From Haplodiscus bocki (lineage: Eukaryota): a stretch of DNA of 64,000 nt. Every line of letters begins with the position of its first letter. Positions within the stretch are counted from its first letter, which is position 1. Below the pieces are notes generated by a model. The model saw nothing but the letters and a program-made list of their open reading frames with translations. It did no database searches and was not told the origin of the DNA. Position numbers and translations under genes: made by a program. Positions 44,471 to 56,349 of the stretch are shown here, one piece after another. The stretch lies in the NCBI GenBank assembly GCA_965655095.1, contig OZ296650.1:38130001-38194000 (forward strand), written 5' to 3'.

Positions 44471-47400
44471 ACCAATGAAGTACAAAACGAAGTATCGAAC
44501 CAAAATTACAAGTTGGACAAGCTCTGCTCTCTTATTGAGAAACTGTTCACGTTAATGGTTGAGAACAATCTCCGCCGTCCAAAAATACGTAAATGAGGAG
44601 AACGCAAAAATGACTTATGCAATCCAAGCAGTGAAAGAACAAAACGAGTGCCAGAATCATGAGAAAAAACATGCCAAAGTTAAGCTCAAAATAAAGGTAG
44701 TGCGCTGGGCTTGAATATACAGTCCTTGAGATTCGATCACACAGAATTAATAATGCCTCTTGAAACTCTCCTGAATAAACCTGAAGCCATAATGCTATCT
44801 GAAACAAGCCGTACTGAAAATGATCCAATAACAAAACTAGATATCAACGGTTATCAGCACATTAAATCAAACACAAGATAAGGTATGAAGCGAAAATCAG
44901 GTGGTGTAGCACTCTATTTTAAGGGAGGCATAGAGTACTACACAATAATAGAATTCGAGACAAACATTGAGTGCTCAATTTGTCGAGCGGTACTGGAAAA
45001 TAAAGTCACAAAAAAGTTTCTGCGTAATCTAGAGACCTCAATAATTGAAACTGAATTCACATTTTTGTAAAAAAGGAAAACTTACGGCATTTTTTTAAAT
45101 CTTTGAATGAAGCCTGATTTTTGGTGAATTTACAAGAGACACTTTCAAAAATGAAAAAAAACCATATAAGAGTATGATAACTTATTGGGGGCATGGTTTC
45201 GAAATGAAAAATTTCTTACCAAGAAGAGTAACCCCAACATCAAAGAAATGTATTGATTATATGACTGCAACTGAAGAACACAGAATAGAAACTCTGGAAA
45301 TAACCAAAACTGACCATTTTGCCCTGACTGCTGAACAAACGTTCACGTTGAAAAAGTGCAAACTAACTGCACCTGTTAAAAAACGCGATTCCTAAATAAT
45401 CCTAAAGGAAAAAAAGCATTAAACCTTTTAGCTGGAACAACAAATGGAAATTATGATGACGTGAATGCTGATTCGTATATGGCTGCACTGTCGAAAACTA
45501 TTATAAACTATTTGCACAAATAAGCTGCGGAGAAATGTTTAGCACTTTCTGTAAAACACATACTGCAAGTTGGATAACCAATAAAATAAAGAATGCCATT
45601 GTAAGAGATTGCCTGTTTAAACAATGGATGGGAAACCCTGATGAAGCGAATAGAATGTTATATAAAGTCTCGTAATATTGTGACAACAATGATTCGATAA
45701 GAAAAAGAAGCGAATACAAGTTTCGTAAGCTCCGCAAAAATCCAACCCCGAAACAGATCTACGAAACATTAAAAAACTAACAACTCACAAAATGACGACT
45801 TGAAACAATTACCGGACCTTGAAAAACTTGACAATTTTTTTCGTATATGTAGGCCCAACATTGGCGAACAAGATCAAAAGTTGGCCCAATGTATGGAAAA
45901 TTTAAAAACTGCAGTTTTCAATGGTACTGTAACCAACAAGCCAACAAAAAAATTGCAAAATTTCAGGTCAAATGAAAAACAAAAAAGTGCTGGCTACATT
46001 GGAATCTCAAACGAAATCCTAAAATGTTGTTCCCCAATTGTCGAACAAAATCTTTCAAAAGTCATTAACAAATGCATCTTAGGAAATATTCCCTGACTGC
46101 TTGAAAGAAACTAAAGTATTGCCGTTACATAGAAGAAGCGATAAAAATCAACCTGGTAATTACAGACGGATCGGTTAACTGAGTCCATTGAGTAAAGTTT
46201 TCGAAAAAGTTCTTTTGAAGCGAATGATAAAGTCTTGCGACAAACATGAAATAATTTCAAGCATCCAGTCCGATTTCAGACCTAAAACATCTTGCATCCA
46301 TAATTGCAACTGTAAGAGTATATCAGAATTGAAATTGACAACAAAATCAACAGGTCAAGCGTGCTTCATTGATCTTATTAAGGCATTTGATACGATTAAC
46401 TATAAGATCTCACCAAAAAAATTGGAAGCTTACGGCTTCAGAGTTAAATTTATGAAACTTTTCGAAAACTACCTCCAAAACCGATTACAATATATCAACA
46501 TTATTGATAAGTCATCGAGTGGAAAAGCTATTGAATGTGGTCTACCTCAAGGGTCAGTATTCGAATCTTTTCTATTCCTTTAATACATAAATGATCTTAG
46601 TACTACTCGCTCTGGAAGCAAAGTAACGTTGTTGGTAGATGACACTACGGTTATCAATGCTGGTAAAAGAATCGACTCCGTAGTCCGCAAGGACATTAAA
46701 AATGACCATGTGGTTTGGCAAGAACAAATTGACTTTCAATGCTGATGAATGTGAAGCCAATCACTTGGGTAGAAGCCGACCCGAAACTATAGTAATGAAA
46801 TATCAATAACTGGATTACAAATCAACTTGCAAATATGCTGGAATTCACATTGATGAAATACCTAGCATTCAGAGACCACATAGACCACGTTGTAAAAAAA
46901 ACAACAACTTTTGCGGTTTATTTATCATGTGCGATATTTGTATCCGAGAAAGTGACCATTTATGTTTTATATTTCGTTTGCAAAATCGATAATGACGTAT
47001 GACATCGATAATGACGTATGGTCTACTTATTTACGGAAAATCAGCGAATTCAAACTTAGCAAACATCGACAATGTTCAGAGACGAAGTCTTCGTGCTATA
47101 TTCTTCAAAAATACTATTCAATGCAGCAAATGATGTTCCGAAACAAAATTAACACGATGGATGAGTTGTTCATCTAGGAGGTTGTACATAAAGTTTTCGG
47201 AGAACTCAGATTAGAGTCGCCATTGATATTGTTGAATTTTGAAGAAAAATTAATGTTTTAGTGAGAAACAAGGTGGAACTCTAAGGGCTCTTCCCGCCAA
47301 TTATTGCGAGAACTATGAAGAAAAAATAGTTTTCGGCAAACTCTTTGATGAAGCCTATAATTGGCTGAAAGAGTTAAACCTCACTTCTTCCCTAATAAAA

Positions 47401-47691
47401 AGGATGACTGTGCGACAGTTAAAAAACACCAGAATCTAATCTTATGATTTAAACATGGTTGACATTGAGGATCTGTTTTGCTTATATTACCAGAAAATTC
47501 TATTTCTCGAGACAGTCTGATGTGCTTTTTTAGTATTTTGATACTGAGCAATGTTTGGCTAATTTAATTCCAGGGGCGCAGGCAATAAGCGCAATTATGC
47601 TCACTTTGCGTCCTAATTGGGTGTGATTTGATAAAATCTCCGAAAAGATTGGTTATGTATCTATACCCCACCGGATTAACTATTTCTACTT
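44471..47691 (+). mobile_element. Array unit 12: 5'-truncated dead LINE
   Basis: Near-identical to unit 10. Confidence 0.88.
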
Positions 47692-48230
47692 CTTGTTGCT
47701 TCACTGACTAGATGACATTGGCAGAGCATACAAATAGCATGAGTAATATAACTGGGATAAAGTACGATTTTCCCTCTAAAAGTACCATGTTTTTCAGCCA
47801 TTGCAGCCTGTTTTCCGAAGGCCAGAACTTTTTGACTGTCAAAAAGAAACGTTCAGCAGGGCTAATAACAACCTCGGGCAAAATATTTACAATTAAAATA
47901 GTTCCAATGGACCAATAAGTGAGGTAAGTGTCCCAATGTTAATGAAAGCAGAGGCGATTCACGAAAAGGAGTGGTTTTAACGTTTTCGTAACTTTTCCGA
48001 CGAGACAGTTTTCGCAATAAACACACCCCTTACCAATGCTTGTGCTTCACATTGGCAAACATACCACAGCACTTGAAAAAAGTTAGAAGTGCCAACGGAA
48101 AAGATTCACTTTACTTCAGAGAAGAACAAAAGGGCGAGAAAAATTGAGTATACCAGAGAAAGGCGTATCACCAGTAGTGTCAAAAAACTTCGCGTTTTTA
48201 TCAAATTCAACAGGAAGTATGGATTTGAAT

Positions 48231-51200
48231 ACCAATGAAGTACAAAACGAAGTATCGAACCAAAATTACAACTTGGACAAGCTCTGCTCTCTTATTGAGA
48301 AACTGTTCAAGTTAATGGTTGAGAACAATCTCCGCCGTCCAAAAATACGTAAATGAGGAGAACGCAAAAATGACTTATGCAATCCAAGCAGTGAAAGAAC
48401 AAAACGAGTGGCAGAATCATGAGAAAAAACATGCCAAAGTTGAGCTCAAAATAAATGTAGTGCGCTAGGCTTGAATATACAGTCCTTGAGATTCGATCAT
48501 ACACAATTAATATTGCCTCTTGAAACTCTCCTGAATAAACCTGAAGCCATAATGCTATCTGAAACATGCCGTACTGAAAATGATCCAATAACAAAACTAG
48601 ATATCAACGGTTATCAGCACATTAAATCAAACACAAGATAAGGTATGAAGCGAAAATCAGGTGGTGTAGCACTCTATTTTAAGGGAGGCATACTACACAA
48701 TAATAGAATTCGAGACAAACATTGAGTGCTCAATTTGTCGAGCGGTACTGGAAAATAAAGTCACAAAAAAGTTTCTGCGTAATCTAGAGACCTCAATAAT
48801 TGAAACTGAATTCGAAGTTTTGTAAAAGTGGAAAACTTACGGCATTTTTTGAATTCTTTGAATGAAGTCCGATTTTTGGTGAATTTACCAGAGACACTTT
48901 CAAAAATGAAAAAAACCATATAAGAGTATGATAACTTATTGGGGGCATGGTTTCGAAATGAAAAATTTCTTACCAAGAAGAGTAACCCCAACACCAAAGA
49001 AATGTATTGATTATATGACTGCAACTGAAGAACACAGAATAGAAACTCTGGAAATAACCAAAACTGACCATTTTGCCCTGACTGCTGAACTAACGTTCAC
49101 GTTGAAAAAGTGCAAACTAACTGCACCTGTTAAAAAACGCGATTCCTAAATAATCCTAAAGGAAAAAAGAATTAAACCTTTTAGCTGGAACAACAATTGG
49201 AAATTATGATGACGTGAATGCTGATTCGTATATGGCTGCACTGTCGAAAACTATTAAAAAACTGTGTGGACAAATGAGCTCCGGAGAAATGTTTAGCACT
49301 TTCTGTAAAACACATACTGCAAGTTGGATAACCAATAAAATAAAGAATGCCATTGTAAGAGATTGCCTGTTTAAACAATGGATGGGAAACCCTGATCAAG
49401 CGAAAAGATTGTTATATAAAGTCTCGTAATATTGTGACAACAATGATTCGATAAGAAAAAGGAGCGAAAAGAATTTTCGTAAGCTCCGCAAAAATCCAAC
49501 CCCGAAACAGATCTACGAATTATTAAAAACTGACAACTCACAAAATGACGACTTGAAACAATTACCGGACCTTGAAAAACTTGAAGACTTTTTTAATATC
49601 TGTAGGCCCAACATTGGCAAACAAGATCAAAAGTTGGCCCAATGTATGACAAGTTGAAAAACTGCAGTTTTCAATGGTACTGCAACCAACAAACGAACAA
49701 AAAAATTGCAAAATTTCAGGTCAAATGAAAAACAAAAAAGTGTGGCTACATTGGAATCTCAAACGAAATCCTAAAATGTTGTTGCCAATTGTCGAACAAA
49801 ATCTTTCAAAAGTCATTAACAAATGCATCTTAAGAAATATTCCCTGACGGCTTGAAAGAAACTAAAGTATTGCCGTTACATAGAAGAAGCGATAAAAATC
49901 AACCTGGTAATTACAGACGGATCGGTAAACTGAGTCCATTGAGTAATGTTTTCGAAAAAGTTCTTTTGAAGCGAATGATAAAGTCTTGCGACAAACATGA
50001 AATAATTTCAAGCATCCAGTCCGATTTCAGACCTAAAACATCTTGCATCCATAATTGCAACTGTAAGAGTATATCAGAATTGAAATTGACAACAAAATCA
50101 ACAGGTCAAGCGTGCTTCATTGATCTTATTAAGGCATTTGATACGATTAACTATAAGATCTCACCAAAAAAATTAGAAGCTTACGGCTTCAGAGGTAAAT
50201 TTATGAAAATTTTCGAAAAATACCTCCAAAACCGATTACAATATATCAACATTATTGATAAGTCATCGAGTGAAAAAGCTATTGAATGTGGTATACCTCA
50301 AGGGTCAGTATTCGGATCTTTTCTATTACTTTAATACATAAATGATCTTAGTACTACTCGCTCTGAAAGCAAAGTAACGTTGTTGGTAGATGACACTACG
50401 GTTATCAATGCTGGTAAAAGAATCGACTCCGTAGTCCGCAAGGACATTAAAAAATGACCATGTGGTTTGGCAAGAACAAATTGACTTTCAATGCTGATAA
50501 AAGTGAAGCCATTCACTTCGGTAGAAGCCGACCAGAAACTATAGTAATGAAATATCAATAACTGGATTACAAATCAACTTGCAAATATGCTGGACTTCAC
50601 ATTGATCAAATACCTAGCATTCAGAGACCACATAGACCACGTTGTAAAAAAAACAACAAGTTTTGCGGTTTATTTATCATGTGCGACATTTGTATCCGAG
50701 AAAGTGCCTATTTATGTTTTATAATTCGTTTGCAAAATCGATAATGACGTATGAAATCGATAATGACATATGGTCTACTTCTTTACGGCAAATCAGCGAA
50801 TTCAAACTTAGCAAACATCGACAATGTTCAGAGACGAAGTCTTCTTGCTATATTCTTCAAAAAAAATACTATTCAATGCAGCAAAAGATGTTCCGAAACA
50901 AAATTAACACGATGGATGAGTTGTTCATCTAGGAGGTTGTACATAAAGTTTTCGGAGAACTCAGATTAGAGTCGCCATTGATATTGTTGAATTTTGAAGA
51001 AAAATTAATGTTTTAGAGAGAAACAAGGTGGAACTCGAAGGGCTCTTCCCGCCAATTATTGCGAGAACTATGAAGAATAAAAAGTCTTTGGCAAACTCTT
51101 TGATGAAGCCTATAATTGGCTGAAAAAGTTAAACCTCACTTCTTCCCTAATGAGAACGATGACTGTACGAGAGTTTAGAAACACCTGAATCTAATCTTAT

Positions 51201-51446
51201 GAATTATACACGGTTGACATTGAGGGTCCGTTTTGCTTATATTACCAGAAAATTCTATTTCTCGAGACAGTCTGATGTGCTTTTTTAGTATTTTGATACT
51301 GAGCAATGTTTGGCTAATTTAATTCCAGGGGCGCAGGCATTGAGAGCAATTATGCTCACTTTGCGTCCTAATTGGGTGTGATTTGATAAAATCTCCGAAA
51401 AGATTGGTTATGTATCTATACCCCACCGGATTAACTATTTCTATTT
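48231..51446 (+). mobile_element. Array unit 13 (terminal): 5'-truncated dead LINE
   Basis: Carries the longest open RT fragment (49852-50334, 160 aa); 3' part has private variants and continues into unique sequence after 51963. Confidence 0.88.
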
Positions 51447-54400
51447 CTTGTTGCTTCACTGACTAGATGACATTGGCAGAGCATACAAATAGCATGAGTA
51501 ATGATAACTGGGATAAAGTACGATTTTCCCTCTAAAAGTACCATGTATTTCAGCGATTTCAGCCTGTTTTCCGAAGGCCAGAACATTTTGACTGTCAAAA
51601 AGAAACGTTCAGTAGGGCTAATAACAACCTCGGGCAAAATATTTACAATTAGAATAGTTCCAATGGACCAATAAGTGAGGTAAGTGTCCCAATGTTAATG
51701 AAAGCAGAGGCGATTCACGAAAAGGAGTGGTTTTAACGTTTTCGTAACTTTTCCGACCAGACAGTTTTCGCAATAAACACACCCCTTACCAATGTTTGTG
51801 CTTCACATTGGCAAACATACCACAGCACTTGAAAAGTTAGAAGTGCCAAGCGGAAAAGATTTACTTTACTTCAGAGAAAAACAAAGAGGCGCGAAAAAAT
51901 GAGTGTACCAGAGAAGGGCGTATCACCAAAATTGTCAAAAAACTTCGCGTTTATCAAATTCAAAAGGGAAAGTTGTTTTTATTGACCGAAGTTTTTTTCG
52001 CATTTCGAAAGATTCTTTCTCCACGAAAACGTTTCAGAAGTTGAACTTGGTCGAGCGTTCTCGAGCACTCTGGTTGGAGTTTCAGAGCTCTTCTGAAAAC
52101 TCCGGAAAAAATACAAAACTTTTCCAGAAATAAATGATGAAGAAAATACATAAATTAAAGAAAACAGGTGAGTTCGCGGAAAAGACTGGCTGGATGCTTG
52201 GATTATCTTACCTGCATTTATTTACCTTAAAGGCCGATGATGCAAAAATTGAAAACAATAGGCTTTTTCTCGAAATTCAAACTCTTTTCGTCTAAAAACC
52301 ACATAATGGATTTTATCATCAACAACTCAGTCGAAATTTTCTCTCCCTTGCAGAATGCTATTGGGCATTGATACACTTCTTTGGCTCCTTGGATCCGGAA
52401 AATGAGAGCAGAAATGCAGAAAAGTGCGATTAGTATAGACCTTTCTCAATTATCAAACAGACCTTTCGCCGAAAACTATCAGGTTGATTCCCTCCATCAA
52501 GTTGTCACTTAGCAGCTATCGACATGTAAAGACTTATTCGATAATTCTGTTTTTCTTCCTTGTTACTGAAAATTGACAGGCCGCGTAGTGCTTTCATAAT
52601 TATTATCGATTTCCAAACTTTTCTCGCCAGAATCACCAGCTTCATTTCTTCCGTCAAAATGTAACACAGCCGCTTTTTAGTTGTATAGGCTCATTTGATA
52701 AAACTGCTATTTTTTCTCTTTGCTCCAGGAAAGGAATGAGCCGAAGATGCCAAAAAATGCCAATAGTAATTTTGATCGACCTTCCAATCAAATTGAGTCT
52801 CCCATCAAAATCTCAAGCACCAACTACTTAATTGTACCGAGTTTTAGGAATTATATGACGAGTTTGGCTCCAGGCATCAAAGTCCTGAAAGGTGGAAAGT
52901 AAAACATTACTTCAGTATGTTTTTCCTTTCATGATCAATCATATACGTCTCACAAATCATCCTGCACATTTTTTATTCAAGATGTCGTCGACAGTTTTCC
53001 ACTTGTAGAGAAGGTTTCGATCAGAGAATCATCGAGTTTGCTACACAGAACCTCCGGCAACTGACTGGGAGTAAAAGCCACAATGTTCGAGTTGGTAGTG
53101 ATATCCCACGATATTCGAATTTCAAACCCAATATCCGCGTAAACTACCGAAGAGATTCCTTCCACAAAATTCTCAATCGTGAACACTCTAGTTGCGCAGA
53201 GAGAATCCAAAAAGATGTCAGAAAAAAACCTTCAATTCGTTTCAATTTCTCACGGTAATCGAAGAGACGTCTCAGAAACCACCGGATGGACGTTATGCAT
53301 CAAGAAGCCAATCGACAGCTATCAATTTTAAAAAATTATTCAGTGATGCGTATAACCCAGTTTGCTCCTTGGATATAAAACATGATTGGCCAAAACTGCA
53401 AAAAAAAGTTCCATTATAAGTGATTTGTGATTGAGTTTCAGCATTAAAATTCTCCGAAACTACGGACTGGATTGGTGACATTGACCACTCATGAGAAGAA
53501 TTTCCTGGCATTCGAAGCTCGAAAACTCCAAAAAACGAAAAAAATATGTTTTCATATTTCTCGACAATCAAACTCATAATTCTTTAAAATTATCGGCTTG
53601 ATCTCTTCTATTAAGTTGGCAATAGACAGCATTTGGTTTACGAAATGTCATTCAAAATTTGATTTTTGAGTTTTTCTGCTTGCGGTGTATTCATGACAGG
53701 CCGATAATTCCGAAAAGTGCCGCAAATTTGACTTTTCTATAGACTCATGAATATGCTTCTCCGAAACGATCGGCACCATTTCTTCCACGAAGGTGTCAGT
53801 CGACCATTTTCTCTTCATTGAAGCGCAATTTTTTGGTGCATCAACCCGGTCAAGATAACTAGACAGGCCGGAGTTTACCAAAAATTCTTTAGTATTTAAT
53901 TCTCTTAATTTTCAACCACATTTTCCTCTAAACTACGATGTTAGTTTTTCCATCAGAAGTCTCCTTTTACTAATAAATTTTGCAAGAGATATTCGGATGT
54001 TAAAGTAATCCATTTTGTTCCCCGGCATCGGAAAACTGCTGGGCGGATGTTGCCACACGTGTGATTAGCAATGATCGTTCTCTATTTTCGATGCCATGTA
54101 TCCCCGAGACTATCGGCCCGATTTCTTCGATCAAGATCCTTTCGCTAAATTTTAGTTGCAGAAGGGTAATATTTGTGTATACTTTTGATTTGGTTCCTTG
54201 TATCTAGAAAATAATTGACTAAAAAAGCCAAAAAACGTATTTAGTAAATAGTCCTCTGAATATTCCAAGTTTATTTTCCAAATTTATCGTATGGACCACT
54301 TCAATCAATGTCTCCGTCAACGGTCTTCAGATAATATTCTTTTCAATTCTTAGAAATGCATGGAAGACCTGGCTGGAAGAAAATGCAGGTATTGATGATT

Positions 54401-55573
54401 TTTCTCGGTTATCAAAATTATTTTCTGCAAAACTATATGTTGGGTTCGGTTGAACAAAGGCGTTATCGACAGTTGTTTGCAGAGGTTAATACTCCACCCG
54501 GTTCTTTCAATCTTGACGGGAAACTGATAGTCTCAAACTGGCAATTCTCGACACTGGCAAGCGTAAACTGCGATTAGATGTTCCGTTTTTCAAAATGGCA
54601 TTTTAGCGAAAGTGCAGCGATTTTGGTCAAAATTATTTGATGAATTTCCGATCTATCATTTCTGCCCCGCCGTAGACGTAAAATATCTTAGATCCGCAAA
54701 TTTTCAGTGCCAATTTCAAACCAATCGGTTGTATTTGGCAATATTCCAGTATTCAATATTGACAGAATTCAGCATTCAATCAGCTATTTCAATAAAACCT
54801 TCCGAATTGTTTTTATTCTCCATTTGCAATTCAATTTAAAATAAACTTTGGCAGGACTGTTCACGAATTCTGCCGCGAAAAACTGCGTGTCTAACTTGGT
54901 CAGCGAATGAAGTTTCCTTTATTTCTGGTTTCATTTTCATGATTTCCAGTTCAAGCTGCTACATTTTTTTCCGAAGACATTTCCATGGTTTGTGCAAAGT
55001 AAGAAACTTCCAAATCGAGTTCTTTCCAATTTTCGCAACGATTTGTTTGGCTTAGCTCGTCACTGCAGTTTCTTTTCTGGATTCTGCCGTCATTGCATGT
55101 AAAAAGGAGGTTATCACTCAATTCAGCTTGACTTCCAGGTGGCTTTCTTCGAATCAAATGATTTTTTGGTTATGTGAAAAATAGTTTGATAAAAAGTACA
55201 TTTAAATGCTTCGTTATTACCTCTGCTTTTACAACATTTGCACTTTATCAAAATCGTTCAAAAAATTCAGTTCGAGGGAGGATAGTAGGGACAAGCGGTT
55301 AATTTTTAACTCCTCGTGGAACGTCAAGGCACTTGCGGAGGGAGGAAAAAAGGACTTAGTTCTTCCGACACAATTTCCAAGCTGTTGGAGGGTTCACTTC
55401 TAGAAAATGGCCGTTTAACTAGTTTTCACCTATCATGGTAACTTTAACCAGACCAAATACGTATGATTTACTGATCTGCATCAAAATTTTGATAGTTGAC
55501 CAAAATTACTAGGTCGCACTTTTACACAGCACTGGAGGAGAGTGTTATCTTCAGGGAAAACTTTCAATCTAAC

Positions 55574-55834
55574 CTCGGCAACAGCTTCAAACGTGACATC
55601 ATCGGCAGTTGGTCCGATTCCTCCGGAAGTGACGACATAATCGAAGAGAGAAGAAAATGTAGAGACTTGTTCACGGATCTCTTTCAGGTCGTCACCCACA
55701 ACAGTGATACGCTTAGTCTCAAGACCCCACTCTGAAAACAATTTCACAGCCAAGTTTGAGTTGCTGTCAACGACACGTCCGTTCAAAATCTCATCCCCAA
55801 TGACAATCAACCCAACTGACAGCTGTCGTGACAT
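55574..55834 (-). CDS. FLAD1: FAD synthase (FLAD1-like) coding exon, N-terminal part of the molybdopterin-binding/CinA-like domain
   Basis: Translates MSRQLSVGLIVIGDEILNGRVVDSNS...VVGDD...VVTSGGIGPTADDVTFEAVAE, matching the GDEIL, DxNS and GGIGPTxDD motifs. Donor GAG|GTTAGA at 55574/55573. An acceptor-like TTCTTTTTAG lies 16 nt upstream of the ATG (exon would start at 55850), so the true 5' end is unresolved. Confidence 0.93.
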
Positions 55835-56349
55835 TCTCCGACGAACATCCCTAAAAAGAATTTATTAAAAAAAAGAATCACTCGAAAAAGCAGTACCGGA
55901 CGAATTCAGGGACTGGAAAATACTCAATATAGAGTGCATTAATTTAATTAAAATGCATTTTGTTAATGTTAGGGTATCAGCATTAGCATTTAATTAATGT
56001 TTCCGACCACTTAATGTGAACATAAATTTTAGGAATCTTGCCCAATTTTACCAGTTTTTAGTATGAAGTCAATAATGAATTTGTAAAGTATTCTATTTCA
56101 CGGATCATATTTTACTTGTTTTCGGTTTTCCTGATCTTTTTGGCCAACTTAACGGCATATTAATGCCGTCTCTAAAAATTTTGCTTTTTTAAAAACAAAT
56201 ATTGTGCTCCATTTATGAACTACTTCTCGCAAAATATCAACAATAAATGCAATCAATGCATTGTTATTGTCAGAAAAATTTCATCAATATAAAGTTCATG
56301 TTGAAGGTTTTCATTAACATTTAGTTAATCCATTACAGCATTAATAACG

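Larger units (their letters stand above)
35220..50140 (+). repeat. 2-unit higher-order repeat, period 7,516-7,517 bp (about 2 copies)
   Basis: Paired variants at 37368/44885, 38283/45800, 40196/47712, 41698/49214, 35899/43416. Ends approximate. Confidence 0.9.
3123..51963 (+). repeat. Tandem macrosatellite: 13 head-to-tail copies of a ~3,760-bp LINE-derived unit
   Basis: Unit starts (AC[C/A]AATGAAGTAC) at 3123, 6882, 10647, 14394, 18162, 21919, 25682, 29427, 33195, 36954, 40715, 44471, 48231. Homology ends at TTATCAAATTCAA (51963). The same short ORFs recur with this period in the ORF track. Confidence 0.98.
494..55573 (-). other. FLAD1: 55,080-bp phase-0 GT-AG intron of the FAD synthase gene
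   Basis: Joining 55574 to 493 gives DDVTFEAVAE|AFGDD with no missing residues relative to the conserved FEAVAxAFG motif; canonical GT and AG ends. Confidence 0.88.

Noticed and set aside
3535-51637. The many recurrent 60-160 aa ORFs in the array as genes
   Set aside because: They are frameshifted pieces of LINE ORF1/ORF2 or antisense shadows and recur only because the DNA is repeated.
3123-51963. Prokaryotic RT system (retron, DGR, CRISPR-RT) or an rDNA/histone/snRNA gene array
   Set aside because: The RT is APE-linked LINE type and disabled, the context is a spliceosomal intron, there is no repeat-spacer pattern, and I recognise no rRNA, tRNA, snRNA or histone sequence in the unit.
3123-51963. 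Telomeric-type head-to-tail retrotransposition (HeT-A/TART-like)
   Set aside because: Identical junction in all copies, inclusion of 3' flank, shared lethal lesions and an interstitial intronic location.
52440-55480. Additional FAD synthase exons or recognisable genes in the unique intron segment
   Set aside because: The flanking exons join with nothing missing, and the short ORFs here show no motifs I recognise.
55481-55573. C-terminal 30 aa of ORF 55481-55834
   Set aside because: Read-through into the intron; homology stops at the GT donor and resumes at 493.
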